Of a stretch of 64,000 nucleotides of DNA, positions 57,066 to 64,000 are shown piece after piece. Source of the stretch: Octopus vulgaris (taxonomy: Eukaryota); the NCBI GenBank assembly GCA_951406725.2, contig OX597826.1:55924001-55988000 (forward strand). Reading direction: 5' to 3'. Both the position numbers and the translations under genes were made by a program. Every line of letters begins with the position of its first letter. The stretch's first letter is position 1. The notes under the pieces are model-generated. The model was not told the origin of the DNA. It was given only the letters and a program-made list of their open reading frames with translations, and did not search any database.

Positions 57066-57535
57066 CGTGTGAAGGCCACTGTCTTGTCATGTGCTGCAAC
57101 TTTAGAAACTGCAAGTGTCAGCCAGAAAGCCAATATTTTACTGATGAATATATTGAACATTTTTACTTCATTGATATGAAAACAAAAACTCTCGATACAA
57201 GAATTGACCTCACACTTTTTTCATGATAAACGAGTGAATGCCTTCCTTCATCTCAATAGTTTATTGAGTTTGACAGTCATGGTTTCAAGAATTTAGGATA
57301 GGATATCTACTTCACATACAATGAATTATTATAATGCCTTGCTTGAAAGAAGCAAAAATGCTACTTGAAATCTTCTGTTCCACAATGTATTTTAATTCTT
57401 ACATTAATTCTTCTCACTGTTAACCTAATAGATTCTCACTTCTGTTTCCTGTAATCATACAATGGCGCATTGATACAATGAAACTGGACTTCTATTTCCC
57501 TAATGTGGATTTGCTGAATCACTAGAGAGTCAGAA

Positions 57536-57923
57536 GTGGAGGCGCAATGGCCCAGTGTTTAGGGCAGCGGACTCGCGGTCATAGGATCGCGGTTTCGATT
57601 CCCAGACCGGGCGTTGTGAGTGTTTATTGAGCGAAAACACCTAAAAGCTCCACGAGGCTCTGGCAGGGGATGGTGGTGATCCCTGCTGTACTCTTTCACC
57701 ACAACTTTCTCTCACTCTTACTTCCTGTTTCTGTTGTACCCGTATTTCAAGGGGCCGGCCTTGTCACTCTCTGTGTCACGCTGAATATCCCCGAGAACTA
57801 CGTTAAGTGTACACGTGTCTGTGGAGTGCTCAGCCACTTACACGTTAATTTCACAAGCAGGCTGTTCCGTTAATTCGGATCAACCGGAACCCTCATCGTC
57901 GTAACCGACGGAGTGCTTCCATC
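57536..57923 (+). mobile_element. SINE family C (tRNA-Arg-like head) with 12-bp TSD
   Basis: GGAGGCGCAATGGCCCAGTG..GGACTCGCGGTC..GGTTTCGATTCC; TSD AGAGAGTCAGAA at 57524-57535 and 57924-57935. Confidence 0.88.
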
Positions 57924-58980
57924 AGAGAGTCAGAATAGAGGCCTTGCAGTACTTCTTCCAGCTCCTTAAGTTCTGCGTTCAAATTTCACAAAGGCCAATT
58001 TAACCTTCCATCCTTTCAGGGTATATAAAATAAACTATCGGTCAAATACTGATCCGATGTAATATCCTCGAAAATTTGATGCACTGTACCTAAAATAGAA
58101 AGAATTAATTTAAAGCGGTTTTAAGAATAGCAACAGAAATGATTAAATAAGGCATTAGGTGTAACTTGAAACCCTCTAGTGTGTGTATATTTGCGTGTGT
58201 AAGAATTAAGATACGTCTTATAGAGGTAATAGATTATTCCGATATGCCTATTTTGAAGAAAAAAACCTCAAAAAAGCTCAATAATTATTTAACGATTTTC
58301 AGAACTACGCATTAAGTCTACAAAGATTATTTGGAAGAGAGGTAAAATAATTCAGAAAACTCACTCAGGTGAAAACTAGCTACCTATAAGCTCCCTATAT
58401 AAATTGGATTTAACGGTCTTCGTGTAAGTAAGGCAAGGAAATTTTTATTAATTATAACTGCGCTCTCGGTGATTAGAACACTCATTAGTTTTAATGATAA
58501 ATTCTGTTGAAAAAACAAACACAGGGGAAAACAACTACTGAAATTTTAATTGATTAAAATTCATTCAATGTGGAATGCTATGGGGTGTGGGTTTCATTAG
58601 TCGTTGTCAACATCGGTGTATGCTTTTTAATAGCCAGAAGATGAACGAGAAAGGTCGTTAGTACACTTGCTCTTTCTCTCTTTCTTTCCTTCCTTTCCTC
58701 TATTTGTCATTTTTACTCGTAATATAGGTGGTTGTTTTGAGTTCAAATTCCGCTGAGGTCGACTTTTCCTTTCATCTTTTCGGGGTCGATAAATTAAGTA
58801 CCAGTTGCGTACACGGGTCGATCTAATCGACTGGCCCCCTCCCCAAACGTTTCGGGCCTTGTGCCCTATAGTAGAAAAGAATATAGGTGTCTTCTTTACA
58901 AAGTGAATATCGTAGACATTCAGTTCGGATCTGTTCCTTTTCATAGACAGCTCGGTTAATTAATTTTCTTTAACTAAATA

Positions 58981-59145
58981 GGCACAGGAGTGGCTGTGTG
59001 GTAAGTAGCTTGTTTACCAACCACATGGTTCCGGGTTCGGTCCCACTGCGTGGCAACTTGGGCAAGTGTCTTCTACTATAGCCTCGGGCCGACCAAAGCC
59101 TTGTGAGTGGATTTGGTAGACTGAAACTGAAAGAAGCCCGTCGTA

Positions 59146-59197
<52 letters not shown>

Positions 59198-59428
59198 CGT
59201 GTGTGTTTGTGTGAGTGTGTTTGTTCCCCTAGCATTGCTTGACAACCGATGCTGGTGTGTTTATGTCCCCCTTACTTAGCGGTTCGGCAAAAGACACCGA
59301 TAGAATAAGTACTGGGCTTACAAAAAGAATAAGTCCCGGGGTCGAGTTGCTCGATTAAAGGCGGTGCTCCAGCATGGCCGCAGTCAAGTGACTGAAACAA
59401 GTAAAAGAGTAAAAGAGTAAAAGAGTAA
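58981..59428 (+). mobile_element. SINE family A, full length, (GTAAAAGA)n tail
   Basis: Near-consensus copy with an internal (TA)n spacer. Confidence 0.92.
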
Positions 59429-59432
59429 ACAC

Positions 59433-59707
59433 TTTGAAATTTCGTATACTGGTAGAATGTTTCATATAGAACATCTTTTACTCTTAGCGTTGTTGAGAAA
59501 GTTTCTATTTTCGAAATTATTTCGTGTTAAAGTTGTCGTATTTCAGTTAGTTTTATTCAGCTGAATACACGTCATTGATTGGTTGAAATTACCGAAATAT
59601 GACAACATTAACACGAAATATCTTCGAAAATAGAAACTTATCTCAACAACGCTAAGAGTAAAAGATGTTCTATATGAAACATTCTACCAGTATACGAAGT
59701 TTCAAAA
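59433..59707. mobile_element. Palindromic MITE/fold-back element
   Basis: About 110-bp inverted arms TTTGAAATTTCGTATACTGGTAGAATGTTTCATATAGAACATC.. / ..GATGTTCTATATGAAACATTCTACCAGTATACGAAGTTTCAAA. Confidence 0.85.
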
Positions 59708-59713
59708 AGAAAA

Positions 59714-59875
59714 GGCGTAGGAATGGCTGTGTGATAAGTAGCTTGCTTATGAACCACATGGTTCCGGGTTCAGTCCCACTGCGTGGTACCTTGGGTGAGT
59801 GTCTTCTACTATAGTCTTGGGCCGAGCAAAGCCTTGTGAGTGGATTTGGTACACAGAAACTGAAAGAAGCCCGTC

Positions 59876-59932
<57 letters not shown>

Positions 59933-60166
59933 TATATGTGTATGTATGTGTGTGCGTATATTTTTGTGTATCTGTGTTTGTCCCCCAACATCGCTTCACA
60001 ACCGATGCTGGTGTGTTTACGTCCCCGTAACTTAGCGGTTCGTCAAAAGAGACCGATAGAATAAGTACTAGGCTTATAAAGAATAAGTCCTGGGATCGAT
60101 TTGCTCGACTAAAAGGCGGTGCTCCAGCATGGCCACAGACAAATGACCGAAACAAGTAATAGAGTA
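59714..60166 (+). mobile_element. SINE family A, full length
   Basis: Near-consensus copy with an internal (TA)n spacer. Confidence 0.9.
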
Positions 60167-61773
60167 GTCGAGCAGCCCATCAAAAGGAAAAGATCCTTCT
60201 GTTCTTTAATCAGTTATTGATACTGATTCAAATAACGCACTCCTAGAGCTGTTGTGTTTAATCATTAAAATGCGTTATTCATTGCATGTGTTCTTGCAGT
60301 ATAATTCAGTAATTGGCCAATTACCGCGTGGACATCGTGCGAGGAGACCTCTTTATGGAATGTTTTTCCTTTCTCTAATTTATTGGAAGACCAATTTATT
60401 GGAATCCAAAGAGGACGTTCTCTACCTAATATCAAATTCATGATAGATATGAAAATAACTTCACAATTTTTTTCTTTACCAACTCAGATTATAAGAAGCA
60501 GCTGAGTCTAGCTTCAATATTGTCAAAGTTTACACTGCAACAATTGTCACTTCTCTTACAGTACATTCACAACGTATCTAACCATTTAACAAACGGATGT
60601 TCTTATCGCTGTATCGCTGCAGGCACAATTATGATATTTAAAAATATTTCTTTCTTGTAGCGAATATTCTTACGTACATGATTCAATGTATTACAACGAT
60701 ACTCTGGGATGACAAACACATTTTTAGAAAATACTATCTCAGGATCCTGGGTTCAGTCTTACTGCTGATAAGTTACCGCATCTGCAGCCTGTTTGTTCCC
60801 AAACTTATTAAAATTACGCTTTTCCTCCGCATCGTAAAAACTTCAAATAACCTGCACATATTTCTCGATTCAACATCTACAACCATGCAATTGCCTTCAT
60901 CCGAAAGAATGTCTACTGGTTCGTAAACGTACTTCAAACGGACTTACTACGCTCCGGTTAAAACTAACACAGTTTCTTGAACGTAAATCGGATCAACTTC
61001 AAATTCTTTCAATTTACGCTACGACGCACATCTGGACTTTTTTTTCAATAACAACTTTCAAGCCCCAGTTCTACTTTTTCAACATTTATCTGGAGTTTTA
61101 AATCAAATAAGATAAACTATGTTATCAAAACTTCTTCGTATTCCAACGAACAGCAATTTACATTTCACATTTCTGAAACAGACGAAATATTACTTCACTA
61201 TATCTCGTCCTTTAATCAGCATTCAGAACTATTATCACTAGTAGTTCATTATTTAAAAACTTTATATTATTCAAGTACATTAACCCACAAAGCGCTGGGG
61301 TTTGCATGGACTGCTGATCACATTTTATGAAAATGAGACTACCATCCGCACAAAAAAAACAAACAAAAAGATAGTTAAAATATCTTCTTAATATATAATG
61401 GTAGCAAGTTTTACATTATCTGAAAAGTCATTAGACGAAGTATTAGTCCTCTTGCATTCTGGGGGGTATCGGAGCATTTGAATAACATTAGACTCCAATA
61501 TACGCCCATGAATTAAATGCATCTATCTGGGCCACGATCTTGGCCCGTCAATTTTTATGTATTAAAGCATTTATCCAACTTCACAGTAGAACTTAGACAA
61601 TGAGACTTACATATTTTTTCCACAAGATACGTATATATATATATATATATATATAAGGAGAGTTCGCTAAAAACACAAAAGACGAAGACAGGTAGTGTAT
61701 AAAACAAACAGATGTATTAGTATAACGCACACGAATTTAAAAATGTCTTTTACGTTTCGAGCCTACGCTCTTC

Positions 61774-61827
<54 letters not shown>

Positions 61828-61867
61828 AATATTTTTGCTGAAATATTTTTGCTTTTGGTTCTGGGGG

Positions 61868-61938
<71 letters not shown>

Positions 61939-62270
61939 GATCAACAGCAATTCTTCCAATGAGATGCTTTATCAGCGAAGACCACGCAGTGTCTATAAGA
62001 TTTTATCCCGGCCAAATCTTTCGAAAATTTTGAAACCAATTGCGTAACTGCAAATATTACAAATTCCTCCATGTTGAGATGCCACTTATTTTTTCCTTCC
62101 TCTTTCCTTTCATACATTAGCGTCCTTCTCTCACTTTACTCCACCTTCCTCTCACTCTTCCATTTCTTTCTTTTTCACGATTCCCAACAAACCTTATATA
62201 TGCATTATTCTCTCTAAACGGAGATGTACTTGCATAGCAAATGATTTGATCTGAGATCGTGTGCTGAAAC

Positions 62271-62545
62271 GAAAACAATTGCAGCGTGGAAGGTGTTTGT
62301 AAGCCATTTAAGAAACACACAAAAGCCGTTCGATTCACTTCAACATTTAAGTTTAATTTGTCAAAATATCTTCGTCGCTTTAAGACCGCGACCTGTTCAG
62401 CACGGATTTTCGTCAGTGAACAGGTTGCGGTCTTAAGGCGACGAAAATATTTTGACAAATTAAACTTAAATGTTGAAGTGAATCGAACGGCTTTTGTGTG
62501 TTTCTTAAATGGCTTACAAACACCTTCCACGCTGCAATTGGTTTC
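62271..62545. mobile_element. Head-to-head fold-back of a Penelope-like terminal repeat carrying a candidate variant hammerhead
   Basis: Arms 62271-62399 and 62417-62545 are nearly perfect reverse complements with a 17-nt spacer; second family member at 1-65. Confidence 0.75.
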
Positions 62546-62654
62546 TCAAAACGCTTTTCGGAAAACTTGATAAGTTGAAAGATGTGACTAAACTATAGAC
62601 ATTATACAATCCGTAATATATGTAGGCGTGCATGAATGCATGCACGTGTGGAAC

Positions 62655-62724
<70 letters not shown>

Positions 62725-62734
62725 TGTGTGTGTG

Positions 62735-62930
62735 GGCGTAGGAGTGGCTGTGTGGTAAGTAGCTTGCTTACGAACCACATGGTTCCAGGTTCAGTCCCAC
62801 TGCGTGGCACCTGTCTTCTACCATAGGCTAGGCGTACAAAGAATAAGTCCTGGGGGTCGATTTGCTCGACTAAAGGCAGTGCTCCAGCATGGCCACAGTC
62901 AAATGACTGAAACAAGTAAAAGAGTAAAGA

Positions 62931-62933
<3 letters not shown>
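62735..62933 (+). mobile_element. SINE family A with large internal deletion
   Basis: Head joined directly to the tail. Confidence 0.85.
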
Positions 62934-62994
<61 letters not shown>

Positions 62995-63149
62995 TTTTTG
63001 AATTTAGTTTGCAAGATTCTTTATGTGAGATCGTATGTTGAAGCATATTTTGTTGTGTCTTGGGAGAGTCTTTCTCTTTCAGTGCCTTATAATTTAACAC
63101 ACTCACCGGTAAAATTTCCACTCATTTACACATTTATTTTTCTAAAATT

Positions 63150-63200
<51 letters not shown>

Positions 63201-63356
63201 ATGTATGTATGTATGTATGTGTATATGTGTATGCGTGTCTGCACACATATATTTTATATTGTTATTTTGGGGTTTTTTCTTGCCAGTCTTCTCATACCAT
63301 TTGATAGTTTCTTCTTTTTCAGCGGAATTGTTTTGTATTCTAACTTTTGGCGATGC

Positions 63357-63426
63357 CTTGATGTCACAGTAAAGGCCTCTTTACCATTATGATTTTATTT
63401 TTTTATTTTACCACCATCACCACCAC

Positions 63427-63459
<33 letters not shown>

Positions 63460-63546
63460 TATAATCGTCACCATCATCACAATCATCTTCATCACCGCCA
63501 CCACCACACCCACCCTCACCACCAACAACAACAACGACACCATTAG

Positions 63547-63578
<32 letters not shown>

Positions 63579-63860
63579 CCATCATCATAATCATCACCAC
63601 CACCACCACCTTGATGTCACAGTAAAGACCACTTTACCATTATGATTTTATTTTTTATTTTTTATTTTTATCACCATCATCATCATTATAATCGTCACCA
63701 TCACCATCACCACGATCATCATAATCATCTTCATCACCGGCGCCACCACCCCCACTACCACCAACAACAACGACACCATCGTCATCATCATCATAATCGT
63801 CAGCATCAGCATCATCACCACCACCACCACCACCACCACCATCATTATCCTTCATCATCA
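63357..63860. repeat. About 252-bp tandem duplication of unique leader + (CAT/CAC) array
   Basis: CCTTGATGTCACAGTAAAG..TTTACCATTATGATTTTATTTT at 63357 and 63609. Confidence 0.85.
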
Positions 63861-64000
63861 TGATCCTTCATCACGGTCATCATCATTATTTTCGTCGTTA
63901 CCATCGTCGTCGTCGTCACCCCGTCAATCGCTTCGCTTTCAGCACATAAATCGCAATCAGCCGTCACAGTCACCTGACATGACATCGTTTCGTATTTTTC

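Noticed and set aside
57536-57615. tRNA-Arg gene (also the tRNA-like heads of families A and B)
   Set aside because: Continues into a SINE body and tail, is bounded by a TSD, and has an imperfect cloverleaf; it is a SINE head.
60200-61250. Possible decayed coding sequence on the minus strand
   Set aside because: Short peptide-like stretches but many stops and no motif I can assign.
62117-62570. Two ORFs with near-identical N-termini on opposite strands
   Set aside because: Artefact of the palindrome 62271-62545.

Overview
This window is AT-rich eukaryotic non-coding DNA (intergenic or deep intronic). It is saturated with di-, tri- and tetranucleotide microsatellites and tRNA-derived SINEs, a repeat landscape typical of an octopus/coleoid cephalopod genome (host assignment is inference). 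I can support no intact host gene, and almost all ORFs in the track are microsatellite translations. The recognisable coding remnants are all transposon fragments: Dong/R4 RLE LINE 3' ends (one inside (TAA)n), an RTE 3' end, L1/Tx1 and CR1-like fragments, mariner/Tc1 and hAT pieces. There are also a Helentron-type non-autonomous element, MITE-like fold-backs, two minisatellites (37 bp, 90 bp) and a 100-N gap. The most interesting signal is a set of small, non-coding, hammerhead-ribozyme-bearing insertions, several with a head-to-head inverted architecture. (1) 43383-44718 is a 445-bp unit present as about 1.8 tandem plus about 1.2 inverted copies inside (TA)n, with three intact type I hammerheads (retrozyme or Penelope-pLTR-like). 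(2) 62271-62545 is a fold-back carrying a candidate hammerhead with a compensatory G3-C8 core (GUGAACA). (3) Further unrelated hammerheads lie at about 51700, 56800 and 61750. One SINE family also appears to insert into its own head at a fixed site (17-bp TSD at 30007/30254), building 184-bp stacks. All structures were folded by eye; no searches were run.
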